DNA from: Nannocystis bainbridge
GTDB lineage: Bacteria > Myxococcota_A > Polyangia > Nannocystales > Nannocystaceae
Reading direction: 5' to 3'
DNA: 64,000 nt
NCBI RefSeq assembly: GCF_028368995.1
Contig: NZ_JAQNDL010000001.1
Coordinates: forward strand, 3,008,001-3,072,000
Under the pieces are notes generated by a model that saw only the letters and a program-made list of their open reading frames with translations, was not told the DNA's origin and ran no database searches. Shown here piece after piece: positions 19,878 through 29,263 of this stretch. Made by a program: the position numbers and the translations under genes. The number at the start of each line of letters is the position of its first letter. The stretch's first letter is position 1.

Positions 19878-21488
19878 GTGACCGCGAACCCCAGCGAGGA
19901 CGTGCTCGACGTCGCGGCCTTGCGCCGCGCCGCCGAGGCGCTCGCTGGCAGCCCGGTGCTCGGCGTCGCCGTCGTGCTCGCCGCCCCGCACCCCGACACC
20001 CCGCGCGAGGCCGCCGGCGATCCGCGGCGCGTCCGCGTCGACTTGCTCGCCCTCGCCGACGAGCGTCACACCTTCGTCGTCCACTGCAACTGCTTCTCGC
20101 CCGGCGACCTGCGCCTGCTCGCGCCGGTGCTGGCCGGCCCGTACGTCGTCTTCCCCGACGCCCAGTTTCATCTCACTGCCCTCGCCGGCCTCGGCCTGGC
20201 CGTCACGCGGGTCGGCTGCACGCGCACCGCCGCCACCTTGCTGGCCGAGGGGGTCATCGCCCGCCACGACGAGCTCGAGATCGCCGCCCTGGCCCGGCGT
20301 CACCTCGGCGGCCCCGGCCTGCCCGGCGAATGGCTCTCGGGACAGGTCCTCCCGGCCTGGTCGCGCCTCGAGGTCGTCGCCGCCGCCGCCGCCGCCGCGC
20401 CCGCCCTGCTGCGCGTCCTCACCCCCGAGCTGCGGGCCCGCGGCCTCTCGCGCGCCTACGAGCTCGAGTGCAAGCTGCTGCCCGCCGTGGTCGCCATGGA
20501 GGCCGCCGGGATCGCCGTCGACGGCCCGCGCTGGAACACCATCGCCGACGGCTGGCGCGCCGAGCTGCAGGTCACCGAGGCGCCCGAGCGCAAGGCCCAG
20601 CTCGAGAAGCTGGTCTCGACCTACGCCCACTGGCCGCGCGAGCACCTCGGCGACGACGGCCGCATGCGCACGCACCTGCACCCGCTGGCGACCGACTCGG
20701 GCCGGTTCGCCTGCAGCCAGCCCAACCTGCAGCAGGTGCCCTCCGAGCACACCGCCCCTGGCCTGCGCGCCTGCTTCCGCGCCGAGCCGGGCCACGTGCT
20801 GGTGGTCGCCGACTACGCGCAGATCGAGCTGCGCGTCGCGGCCCACCTGGCGCCGTGCCCGGCCATGCAGGCGGTCTTTCACGCCGGCCGCGACCCTCAC
20901 CGGGCGACCGCGGCCACGCTCGCACGCAAGCCCGAGGCCGAGGTCACCGCCCACGAGCGCAAGCTCGCCAAGGCCGTCAACTTCGGGTTCCTGTTCGGCA
21001 TGGGCGCGCGCCGCTTCCAGGACTATGCCGAGGCCAGCTACGGCCTCGCGCTCGACCTCGCCGCCGCCGAGCGCGCCCGCGAGGCCTTCTTCGCCACCTT
21101 CCCCGGGATCGCCGCCTGGCACCGCAAGGTCTCGGCCTTGCAGCCCCGCAGCGCCCGCGAGGACCAGACCGTGCGCACCGCCATGGGCCGGCGCAAGCGC
21201 TTTTTGGCCGGCAAGTTCAGCTTCAACGCCGCCCTCAACATCCCCGTGCAGGGCACCGCCGCCGAGGGCTTCAAGAAGGCCATGACCGCGCTCCACCCGG
21301 CCCTCGCCGAGCTGGGCGGGCGCGGCATCCTCTGCGTCCACGACGAATACCTGGCCGAGGTCCCCGAGGAGCACGGCGAGGCGGCCCGGGCGCTGGTCCA
21401 GCAGGTCATGCAGGACGCCATGGCCGAGGTCGTGACCTCGGTGCCGATCGTCGTCGACAGCCGGGTCGCGGCCAGCTGGGCCGAGTGA
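19878..21488 (+). CDS. Family A DNA polymerase, short form with degenerate 3'-5' exonuclease and reduced thumb
   Basis: SGRFACSQPNLQQVP, motif A VADYAQIELR, motif B RKLAKAVNFGFLFG, PVQGTAA, motif C VHDE. Confidence 0.88.
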   Translation: MTANPSEDVLDVAALRRAAEALAGSPVLGVAVVLAAPHPDTPREAAGDPRRVRVDLLALADERHTFVVHCNCFSPGDLRLLAPVLAGPYVVFPDAQFHLTALAGLGLAVTRVGCTRTAATLLAEGVIARHDELEIAALARRHLGGPGLPGEWLSGQVLPAWSRLEVVAAAAAAAPALLRVLTPELRARGLSRAYELECKLLPAVVAMEAAGIAVDGPRWNTIADGWRAELQVTEAPERKAQLEKLVSTYAHWPREHLGDDGRMRTHLHPLATDSGRFACSQPNLQQVPSEHTAPGLRACFRAEPGHVLVVADYAQIELRVAAHLAPCPAMQAVFHAGRDPHRATAATLARKPEAEVTAHERKLAKAVNFGFLFGMGARRFQDYAEASYGLALDLAAAERAREAFFATFPGIAAWHRKVSALQPRSAREDQTVRTAMGRRKRFLAGKFSFNAALNIPVQGTAAEGFKKAMTALHPALAELGGRGILCVHDEYLAEVPEEHGEAARALVQQVMQDAMAEVVTSVPIVVDSRVAASWAE

Positions 21489-21590
21489 TTTTGCCGCGCG
21501 CTGCCCACCGGCCACATCCATTTTTGCGCGGCGAAACCTCACGCCCCTCCCCTGTTTCCAAGCACGCCAGCACCCACTCGGAGCCCCTTC

Positions 21591-23141
21591 ATGCAACAGA
21601 CCCTGTCCCGCCGCTCGTTCGCGGCTCTCTCGACCCTCGGCCTCGGGCTCCCGGGCTTGCTCGGCGGCTGCCGAGGGACCACAAAGGCCGGGAGCACCAC
21701 CATGATCCCCGGTGAACAAGCCCCCCTCGCCGACCACCTCGGGTGGTTCTCCGTCGACAAGCCCACGATCGCGCGCGTCATGACCGAGTTGACCGCGCGC
21801 GGCGCCGACGCTGCCGACCTCTACTTTCAGTACAGCCGCGACAACTCGATCACGATGGAGGACGGCATCATCAGCCGCGCCAGCTCGTCGGTCGACCAGG
21901 GCGTCGGCCTGCGCGTGGTCGTCGGCGACCAGACCGGCTACGCCTTCACCGAGGACCTCTCGCTCGAGGCGATGCTGGCGGCGGCGCGCACGGCGGCGGG
22001 CATCGCCCACAGCGGCGCGGCGCACGCCCCGGTCGAGTTCAAGCAGCGCTCGCGGCCCAGCTACTACACGCTGAGCCAGCCGTGGGCCGAGGTGCAGACG
22101 GTGCAGAAGCTGCCGCGCATCGAGCAGCTGGCCGCGCTGGCGCGCAAGGGCGACCCGTCGATCCACAAGGTCACGGTCAGCTGGGCCGACGGCGAGGAGC
22201 TGGTCCTCATCGCCGACATGCACGGCAACGTCCACACCGACATCCGGCCGATGACGCGCCTGTGGTGCATGTTGACCGCCAAGAAGGGCGACGTCACCCA
22301 GAGCAACAGCGCCAACCTGGCCGGGCGCCACGGGTTCGAGTGGTACACCGACGAGCGGCTCGAGTTCCTGGCCAAGGAGGCGGTGGCGCGCACGATGGTG
22401 CTGTTCGACGCCAAGCGCCCGCCGGCCGGCGAGATGCCGGTGGTGCTGGCGGCCGGCGCCAGCGGCATCCTCCTGCACGAGGCGATCGGCCACGGCATGG
22501 AGGCCGACTTCAACCGCAAGAACACCAGCATCTACGCCAGCATGATCGGCAAGAAGGTCGCGCCCGACTTCGTCACGATCGTCGACGACGCGACCCAGCC
22601 GGGCGAGCGCGGCGCGCTCAACGTCGACGACGAGGGCAACGCGGTCGAGAAGACCGTGCTCGTCGACCACGGCGTGATGGCGTCGTACCTGCACGACAGC
22701 ATCAGCGCCAAGCACTACAAGGTCAAGGCGACCGGCTCGGGCCGGCGCGAGTCGTTCCGCCACTCGCCGATGCCGCGCATGCGCAGCACGTACATGGAGA
22801 ACGGCCCGCACACGCGCGAAGAGATCATCGCCTCGGTCAAGAAGGGCATCATCGCCGAGACCTTCACCAACGGTCAGGTCCAGATCGGCGCCGGCGACTT
22901 CACCTTCTACATCAAGAACGGCTGGCTCATCGAGGACGGCAAGATCACCGCCCCGATCAAGGACATCAACATCATCGGCAACGGCCCCGAGGCGCTGCGC
23001 AACGTCACCATGGTGGCGAACGACTGCAAGCTCGACTTCGGCGGCTGGACCTGCGGCAAGGACGGCCAGAGCGTGCCGGTCTCGCAGGGCCTGCCCACCA
23101 CTCTGGTCTCGAAGATGACCGTCGGAGGCGAGAATGTCTGA
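21591..23141 (+). CDS. tldD: TldD metalloprotease with an N-terminal Tat-like signal
   Basis: DQGVGLRV, LLHEAIGHGMEAD, DDEG, PMPRM, TCGKDGQSVPV; SRRSF at the N-terminus. Confidence 0.92.
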   Translation: MQQTLSRRSFAALSTLGLGLPGLLGGCRGTTKAGSTTMIPGEQAPLADHLGWFSVDKPTIARVMTELTARGADAADLYFQYSRDNSITMEDGIISRASSSVDQGVGLRVVVGDQTGYAFTEDLSLEAMLAAARTAAGIAHSGAAHAPVEFKQRSRPSYYTLSQPWAEVQTVQKLPRIEQLAALARKGDPSIHKVTVSWADGEELVLIADMHGNVHTDIRPMTRLWCMLTAKKGDVTQSNSANLAGRHGFEWYTDERLEFLAKEAVARTMVLFDAKRPPAGEMPVVLAAGASGILLHEAIGHGMEADFNRKNTSIYASMIGKKVAPDFVTIVDDATQPGERGALNVDDEGNAVEKTVLVDHGVMASYLHDSISAKHYKVKATGSGRRESFRHSPMPRMRSTYMENGPHTREEIIASVKKGIIAETFTNGQVQIGAGDFTFYIKNGWLIEDGKITAPIKDINIIGNGPEALRNVTMVANDCKLDFGGWTCGKDGQSVPVSQGLPTTLVSKMTVGGENV

Positions 23142-24447
23142 CCTGTTGCAGAGCGCCAAGACAGCCATCGACCTGGCCAAAAAGTCAGGTGCGCAGGACG
23201 CCTGGGCCGCGGTCTCGCGCGACCGCTCGGTGTCCCTGACCTACCGCGACGGCAAGGTCGAGAAGGTCGAGGAGAGCACCTCCCGCGGCCTCGGCATCAG
23301 CCTCTACGTCGACGGCCGCTACTCGTCGCACAGCACCACCGACCTCCGCCCCGACCGCCTGGCCGGCTTCATCAAGGAGGCGGTCGCGCTGACCCGCGTG
23401 CTGCAGCCCGACCCCTTCCGCGTGATCCCCGACCCCGCGCTGTTCAAGGACCGGCCCACCGCCAACCTCGAGCGCGTCGACCCGAGCGTCGCCAAGCTGA
23501 CCCGCGAGCAGCGCGAAGCCTGGGCCGCCGAGATGGACGCCAAGGCCCACTCCGACAAGCGCGTCATCTCGGCCGAGAGCAACCTGTTCAGCGGCGAGTC
23601 GCAGGGCGCGGCCGCCAGCAGCAACGGCTTCGACGGCACCTGGGACGGCAGCTACGTCGGCTACTCGTGCACCGCGACGGTCCGCGAGGGCGAGGACAAG
23701 CGCCCCGAGGGCTCGGGGCACGCGGTCGGCCGGTTCCTGGCCGGCCTGCCCGAGCCGGCGGCCGTGGCCGCGCTGGCGCTGCAGCGGGCGATCGACCGCC
23801 TCGGCAGCGCCAAGGGCCCGACGGTGCGCACGACGATGGTGGTCGACCCGGAGGCGGCGGTCTCGCTGATCTCGCGCGCGCTCGGGCCGATGTCGGCGGC
23901 GTCGATCCAGCAGGGCCGCTCCTACCTGGCCGGCAAGCAGGGCCAGAAGGTGTTCGGCGACAAGCTGACCGTCACCGACGACCCGCTGGTGCCGCGCGGC
24001 CTGAGCTCGCGTCACTTCGACGGCGAGGGCATCTCGGCCAAGCGCATGCCGCTCGTCGAGGCCGGCGTGGTCCGCAACTACTACGTCGACACCTACTACG
24101 GCCGGAAGCTCGGCATGGCGCCGACCACCGGCTCGGCCAGCAACCGCGTGGTCGGCCTCGGCGACAAGTCGCTCGCCGCCCTCATCGGCGACGTCCAGGA
24201 CGGCATCTACGTGACCTCCTGGCTCGGCGGCAACAGCGACGCGACCACCGGCGACTTCTCGCTCGGCCTCCGCGGCCACCAGATCAAGGGCGGCAAGATC
24301 GGCGCGCCCATCGGCGAGATGAACGTCACCGGCAACCTCGCCGCCCTGTTCGCCAAGCTCGCCCTGGTCGGCAACGACCCCTACCCGTACTCGAGCCTGC
24401 GCGCCCCGACCCTCGTGTTCGAGGACGTGCAGTTCAGCGGGACCTGA
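23134..24447 (+). CDS. pmbA: PmbA/TldE protein
   Basis: Overlaps the tldD stop; FDGEG, TTGDFS; no HExxxH motif. Confidence 0.9.
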   Translation: MSDLLQSAKTAIDLAKKSGAQDAWAAVSRDRSVSLTYRDGKVEKVEESTSRGLGISLYVDGRYSSHSTTDLRPDRLAGFIKEAVALTRVLQPDPFRVIPDPALFKDRPTANLERVDPSVAKLTREQREAWAAEMDAKAHSDKRVISAESNLFSGESQGAAASSNGFDGTWDGSYVGYSCTATVREGEDKRPEGSGHAVGRFLAGLPEPAAVAALALQRAIDRLGSAKGPTVRTTMVVDPEAAVSLISRALGPMSAASIQQGRSYLAGKQGQKVFGDKLTVTDDPLVPRGLSSRHFDGEGISAKRMPLVEAGVVRNYYVDTYYGRKLGMAPTTGSASNRVVGLGDKSLAALIGDVQDGIYVTSWLGGNSDATTGDFSLGLRGHQIKGGKIGAPIGEMNVTGNLAALFAKLALVGNDPYPYSSLRAPTLVFEDVQFSGT

Positions 24448-24533
24448 TCCGAAGGACCTGCCCGAAGGGGCCTGTCTGAAGGGGCCTGTCCGGATGGACA
24501 GGTCCCTTTCGTCATGCCCTGGAGGACATGTCC
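24440..24533. repeat. 14-bp-period decamer array (7 units)
   Basis: Units at 24440, 24454, 24468, 24482, 24496, 24510, 24524 (ggacctgccc, gggcctgtcc, ggacaggtcc, ggacatgtcc...). Confidence 0.88.
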
Positions 24534-24546
24534 TGCGACGCCGCGC

Positions 24547-25329
24547 TCAGCCGCCCGGGCAGCGCGGCTCGCCGGTGCGCATGTCGATCGCGGAGCCGAG
24601 CGGCTGCCAGCCCGGCTGGTCGGGGAAGCAGCCGCTGCGGAGCTGCCACATCACGCCGCGTGGGTCGCGGGCACGACTCATCGCGTCGGTGCACAGCTCG
24701 GCGCGCGTGCAGCCGGCGAGGGTCAGGGGCTCACGGCAGTTCGGATACCCGTGGACCTCGCCGCAGAACGCGTGCGCCTGGCACTGGTCGACCCGCAGGC
24801 GCCCGCAGTCGCAGAACTCGCGGTCGTCGTCGGCGCAGCTCACCGAGACCATGCGGACCTGCGGCAGCGCCATCGCCCCGCGCACCTGCGGATGGGTCGC
24901 CACCACCAGCACGCTCCACAGTGAAGACCTGGCGTAGATCTCCCGCGCCCCGTCGGCCCGCAGGCGGTCCATCACCCGCTCCCGCCGCTCCAGCTTCTCG
25001 GCCTCGGTGTAGGCGACCTGATCGCCGCGGTCGTCGGTCCAGTACTCGTCGAACACCAGGGTCCAGGCGAAGCGCACCTGCGGGTGCGCGCGCGCTTGCA
25101 GGCAGCGCGCGAGGTAGGTCGGCGCGTGGCACTTCGCCTCGACGTCGCCCGGCGCGAGCTCGGCGCTGACCAGCAGCGACGGGTCGACGCCGACCGGCTC
25201 GACGAGCTCCGGCTCGCCCGCCGGCGACGCCCCGGTCGGCGGCGCCTCGGTGCGCGAGGGCTCGCCCGTGCGCGCGCACGCCAGCGCGAGGCCCAGCCAG
25301 CCGACCACCGCCCGCACCTCCGGCCTCAC
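24547..25329 (-). CDS. Cys-rich hypothetical lipoprotein
   Basis: LALAC lipobox, Cys-rich C-terminus; start uncertain. Confidence 0.6.
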   Translation of the reverse strand: MRPEVRAVVGWLGLALACARTGEPSRTEAPPTGASPAGEPELVEPVGVDPSLLVSAELAPGDVEAKCHAPTYLARCLQARAHPQVRFAWTLVFDEYWTDDRGDQVAYTEAEKLERRERVMDRLRADGAREIYARSSLWSVLVVATHPQVRGAMALPQVRMVSVSCADDDREFCDCGRLRVDQCQAHAFCGEVHGYPNCREPLTLAGCTRAELCTDAMSRARDPRGVMWQLRSGCFPDQPGWQPLGSAIDMRTGEPRCPGG

Positions 25330-25537
25330 GAGCGCTCTCCCATACCGACGACCGTACCACCGAACCCCGCGGCCCGCGTCGGACGCGGATCGGCGGCGCT
25401 CCCGACCGCTCCGGGCACCTCTCCTCGACGCCACCGGTCTCCAGCGCCTGACAGCCGAACAGCGACCGATCGAACTCGAAGTCCCCCGGATGTCTCGAAG
25501 GACATGCCCCAACGTGCATGTCTCATTCGCAGTCGAG

Positions 25538-26719
25538 TCACTTCTCGGCGATCGTGACGAGCCCGGTGTCGACGTAGCGCTGCTGCGCCTCGGCGCCGGT
25601 CAGGTAGGTGTCGTAGCCGGGAGCGTCGCGCAGCCATCGCCCGAAGTAGGCGACCACGTAGGCGCGCGCGAGGTCGTTGACGACCGCGTTGGCGAGGGTC
25701 GGCTGCTGGCAGAACGAGCAGGTGATCCCACACGAGGCGACGTCGTCGAGGAAGCTCATGTGATTGGCGCCGTTGACGGTCACCTGCAGGGCCGGGGCGT
25801 TGGCCTCGGCGTAGAAGGTCGTGAAGTTCTCGGCCGCCGGGGCGCAGGCCATGAAGCCGGCGGTGTCGAGGGTCTCGCCGAGGAAGCCGAGCGGGATGGC
25901 GATCGGCAGCATCGCGCTGGCGTCGGGGCACGCCTGCATGTTCGGGCACATGTTGGCGCCGTCGACGGGATCGAGGGTGAGCGAGGCCTTGACGCGGGCG
26001 TCGTACATGGCAGCGAGCACGGAGATCTTGCCGCCGAGAGAGTGCCCGGTGGTGCCGACGTTGTTGAGGTCGGAGATGTCCCCGAGGACAGGATGCTCGC
26101 CGGCCCAGTCGAGCGCGGCCAGCACCTGCTTGGCGTTGGCGACGTGGTCGACGGTGCCGAAGATGTAGCCGGCGTGGTCGACGTTGAGGACCACGTAGCC
26201 GTGCGACGCGAGCCGCGTGGCGTAGCCGGTGTACTGCGTCGGCGGCAGGTTGAAGCCGTGGGCGATCGTCACCACCGGGTACGGTCCGGCCTCGGGCCCC
26301 GACGTCGGGTAGTGCGCGGTGACGCCGATCATCTCACCGTCGACGTCGATCTCGCCCGCGAGCTCGTCGAACTGCCACGGCCCGTCCTGGTCCGGATCGT
26401 GGACCTCGCCGTCCGGCTCGCCAGTGGTGCCGTCGGTCGTGGTCGAACCAGTCGTATCGGGACCGGTCGTGGCCGCGGTCGTCGAGGTCGGTCCGCTCTC
26501 GGTGGTCGGCCCGTCGGTCGTCGTCGTCGTCGTCGTCGTGCCACTCGTCCCGGTCGGGCTCGTCGTCGCAGTGGTCGGCTCGTCCCCGGTGGTGCTGCCG
26601 GTACCGACCCCGGTGCTCGTGCCGGTGCTCGAACCAGGGTCGGAGTCCGTGCCCGACGACGTCCCGCCGCCGTTGCACGCGATTGTGAGGACAAGGAGAG
26701 TGAGGACGGACCGCTGCAT
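25538..26719 (-). CDS. Chlorophyllase/cutinase-like alpha/beta hydrolase lipoprotein
   Basis: TIAC lipobox, Thr-rich linker, AHGF, LASHGYVV, GHSLGG, LDPVD, ANHMSFLD. Confidence 0.85.
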   Translation of the reverse strand: MQRSVLTLLVLTIACNGGGTSSGTDSDPGSSTGTSTGVGTGSTTGDEPTTATTSPTGTSGTTTTTTTTDGPTTESGPTSTTAATTGPDTTGSTTTDGTTGEPDGEVHDPDQDGPWQFDELAGEIDVDGEMIGVTAHYPTSGPEAGPYPVVTIAHGFNLPPTQYTGYATRLASHGYVVLNVDHAGYIFGTVDHVANAKQVLAALDWAGEHPVLGDISDLNNVGTTGHSLGGKISVLAAMYDARVKASLTLDPVDGANMCPNMQACPDASAMLPIAIPLGFLGETLDTAGFMACAPAAENFTTFYAEANAPALQVTVNGANHMSFLDDVASCGITCSFCQQPTLANAVVNDLARAYVVAYFGRWLRDAPGYDTYLTGAEAQQRYVDTGLVTIAEK

Positions 26720-27089
26720 GACGCCACGTCTAGCGGCCGCCCCCCTGGCGAGCAATCGCGCAACGCTCACGAAAGGCCGCCAAATCCCCGGTACAGCGCC
26801 GTTTCGCCGGCCCCCCGGCGTGGCCTTTGGGCGGCACCGCGTTCATCGTCCCGGCCGCGCCGCCGGGCCAATCGCCGCACCGGCGAGCGCGCGCGAGGTC
26901 TGGACGCCACGTCGATCGAGTTTCGCGTAGATTCGCCGGTCACCCCCGCGAACTGCCGTGCACGGTCCGGTCGCGGGCGGCCCGGTCGAACCTAATGGGC
27001 TCTCGAGGACATGTCCGAAGAGACATGTCATCGCCCGCCGCGCCGACCGGGAGAGGCTCGATCTCACATGTCCCTGAGGACATGTCGCC

Positions 27090-28370
27090 TCAGCGGTAGC
27101 GCCGGATGTACATCTTCATCAAGAACCGGCGGAACCAGATGTTCACCGCCGCGAAGTCGACCACCAGCCGGCCGTACACCACCAGCGACGCGTCGCCGAT
27201 GCTGACCCCATGCGGAAAATCCTCGCGCAGCGTGTGCGGGCGCAGCGGCGGCACCCCGTGCGGGTAGCCCGGCGCCTCGCGGGCCAGCCGCGTCAGGTTG
27301 TCCGTGGTCAGCCACGCCTGCCACAGGCACTCGATCGCCCGCTGCATCGTCGGCCACTCGCCGGTCGCGCTCTGCACCCGCGCCGCGTCGCCGATGGCGA
27401 AGATGTCCGGCCGGGTCGGCTTCGGCGTGGCGAAGCACTGCAGCGTCGGCCCGACCGCCAGCCAGCCGTCGGCGGTGCGCGGCAGCGACAGGCCCGCCAG
27501 CGCCGGCGCCGGCCGGACGCCACCGGTCCAAAAGGCCATGTCGCAAGGGACATCCGTCGCGTCGGCCCCGGGCGGCCGCAGCGTGGCGGTGCCGGCGGCC
27601 AAACGCGTCAGCCGGGTGTTCAGCCGCAGCTCGACGCCCTGGGCCCGCAGGTGCTGCTCGGCCTTGTGACCGGCGCGCTGGCACAGGTGCGGCAGCAGGC
27701 GCGGGCCCGAGTGGACGAGGACGACCCTGGGGGCGCGCCAGCCGGCCGGCCGCACGCGCGCGAGGCGGCCGAGGTCGCCGGCGAGCTCGACGCCGGAGAT
27801 CCCGCCGCCGGCGACGACGATGGTGGGCCGCTCGCCGGCGAGCCCGCGGGCCTCGCCCTCGCGGTAAGGGCCGTCGCCGCTGCTGACCCGCCGCGTCGTC
27901 TCGCCGTCCGGCCCGAGCAGCGCCGCCAGTTGCTCGGCCGCGCTGGCGAACTCGCCCTCGAACTTGTAGCCGACGAACCGCTCGGCCCCCTCGATCGCGG
28001 CCGGCGGCGCCAGCACCGAGCCGAGCGCGACGACGATGAAGCGCCCGCGCAGCCGCTCGCCCGAGGCCAGGGTGACCTCCTTGCGGTCGGGGTCGAGGCC
28101 GATCACGTCGCCGATCACGTAGCGGGCCTCGGGCCGCTTCTCGACGCTGCGCCGGGTCGGCAGCACCGAGGTGCCCGGATCGATGCGCCCGACCAGCCGC
28201 TCCTGCACCAGCGGGATGTACGGGTGCTCGGCCTGGCGATCGACCACGACGATCTTCAGCCCGCGCCCGCGGGCGCTGCGACGCAGCTGGTGGACCAGCT
28301 CGATCCCCGCGAAGCTGGCCCCGAGGATCAGGACGTCGGCCGTCGCGGCGTCATGTGTCTCTTCGGACAT
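27090..28370 (-). CDS. NAD(P)/FAD-dependent oxidoreductase (NDH-2-like)
   Basis: ILGASFAG, VAGGGISGVELAG, IFAIGD. Confidence 0.85.
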   Translation of the reverse strand: MSEETHDAATADVLILGASFAGIELVHQLRRSARGRGLKIVVVDRQAEHPYIPLVQERLVGRIDPGTSVLPTRRSVEKRPEARYVIGDVIGLDPDRKEVTLASGERLRGRFIVVALGSVLAPPAAIEGAERFVGYKFEGEFASAAEQLAALLGPDGETTRRVSSGDGPYREGEARGLAGERPTIVVAGGGISGVELAGDLGRLARVRPAGWRAPRVVLVHSGPRLLPHLCQRAGHKAEQHLRAQGVELRLNTRLTRLAAGTATLRPPGADATDVPCDMAFWTGGVRPAPALAGLSLPRTADGWLAVGPTLQCFATPKPTRPDIFAIGDAARVQSATGEWPTMQRAIECLWQAWLTTDNLTRLAREAPGYPHGVPPLRPHTLREDFPHGVSIGDASLVVYGRLVVDFAAVNIWFRRFLMKMYIRRYR

Positions 28371-28408
28371 GTCTCTTGCTCGCTGTCCCTCGGACCATGT
28401 CCTAAAAG

Positions 28409-29263
28409 TCAGTTTCCGAACACGTGCACGCGGTCGCGCACGCCCGCCGGGAACCGCTCGCGCGCCAGCCGCTCGGCCTGGGCCCGGCTGTGGCGCATGC
28501 TGCGGTGGACCAGCACCAGCGCCTCGCCGGTGAACCGCTCCGACTCGGCGACCAGCTCGTCGAGGTGGGTGTGGCCCCACTGGCGGGTCTGGGCCACGTC
28601 GCGCTCGTCCGTCCAGCTGGTGACCTCGTGGACCAGCACGCGGCAGCGGCGGGCCAGCTCGTGCTGCTGGAAGAACTCGATCTGGGTGTCACCGGTGACG
28701 CAGATCAGCGGCTCGGTGTGGCTGTCGAGCACGTCGGTGCCGGCCTTGCGCAGCGCGGCGATCTCCGGCCCCGGCAGGCCGACGTACTCCGGCTTCAGGC
28801 GGCTGGTGGTGCGCTCGACGATCCACGCGAGCGACGGCACCCGGTGCGTGGTCCGCAGGCAGTGCGCCGCGCACCCGCGGGACAGCCCGCCGCCGAGGGG
28901 GAAGCGGTCGCCGGGCGCGTGCCCGTGCAGCTGCCACTGCAGGTCGAAGCCCTCGATCTCGGCCCAGCCGCGGAGGATCCGCGTCAGCGGCTCGTGGACC
29001 TCCTGCGGCACGTGGATCGCCGGCGGCCCCGCGCGCATCAGCTGGCGCTGCGACACCAGGTAGCCGACGCCGCCGAGGTGGTCGGCGTGCCCGTGCGAGA
29101 CCAGGACCGTGTCGTACTTGAGCGCGCCGGGCGGGCACATGCCGACGTCGAACATGACCCCGAGCTCAGGGACCATGAGACAGGTCTCGACCCCGCCGCG
29201 GGTGACGCCGCGCAGGGTGAGACCGCCGACCTTGAGCTCGTCGAGGACCGCGGCGTCGTGCAT
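28409..29263 (-). CDS. MBL-fold hydrolase, TM-type tRNase Z-like
   Basis: SHGHADH, THRVPS, LKPEYVGLPGPEIAALRK arm, TGDT, HE, GHTH. Confidence 0.8.
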   Translation of the reverse strand: MHDAAVLDELKVGGLTLRGVTRGGVETCLMVPELGVMFDVGMCPPGALKYDTVLVSHGHADHLGGVGYLVSQRQLMRAGPPAIHVPQEVHEPLTRILRGWAEIEGFDLQWQLHGHAPGDRFPLGGGLSRGCAAHCLRTTHRVPSLAWIVERTTSRLKPEYVGLPGPEIAALRKAGTDVLDSHTEPLICVTGDTQIEFFQQHELARRCRVLVHEVTSWTDERDVAQTRQWGHTHLDELVAESERFTGEALVLVHRSMRHSRAQAERLARERFPAGVRDRVHVFGN

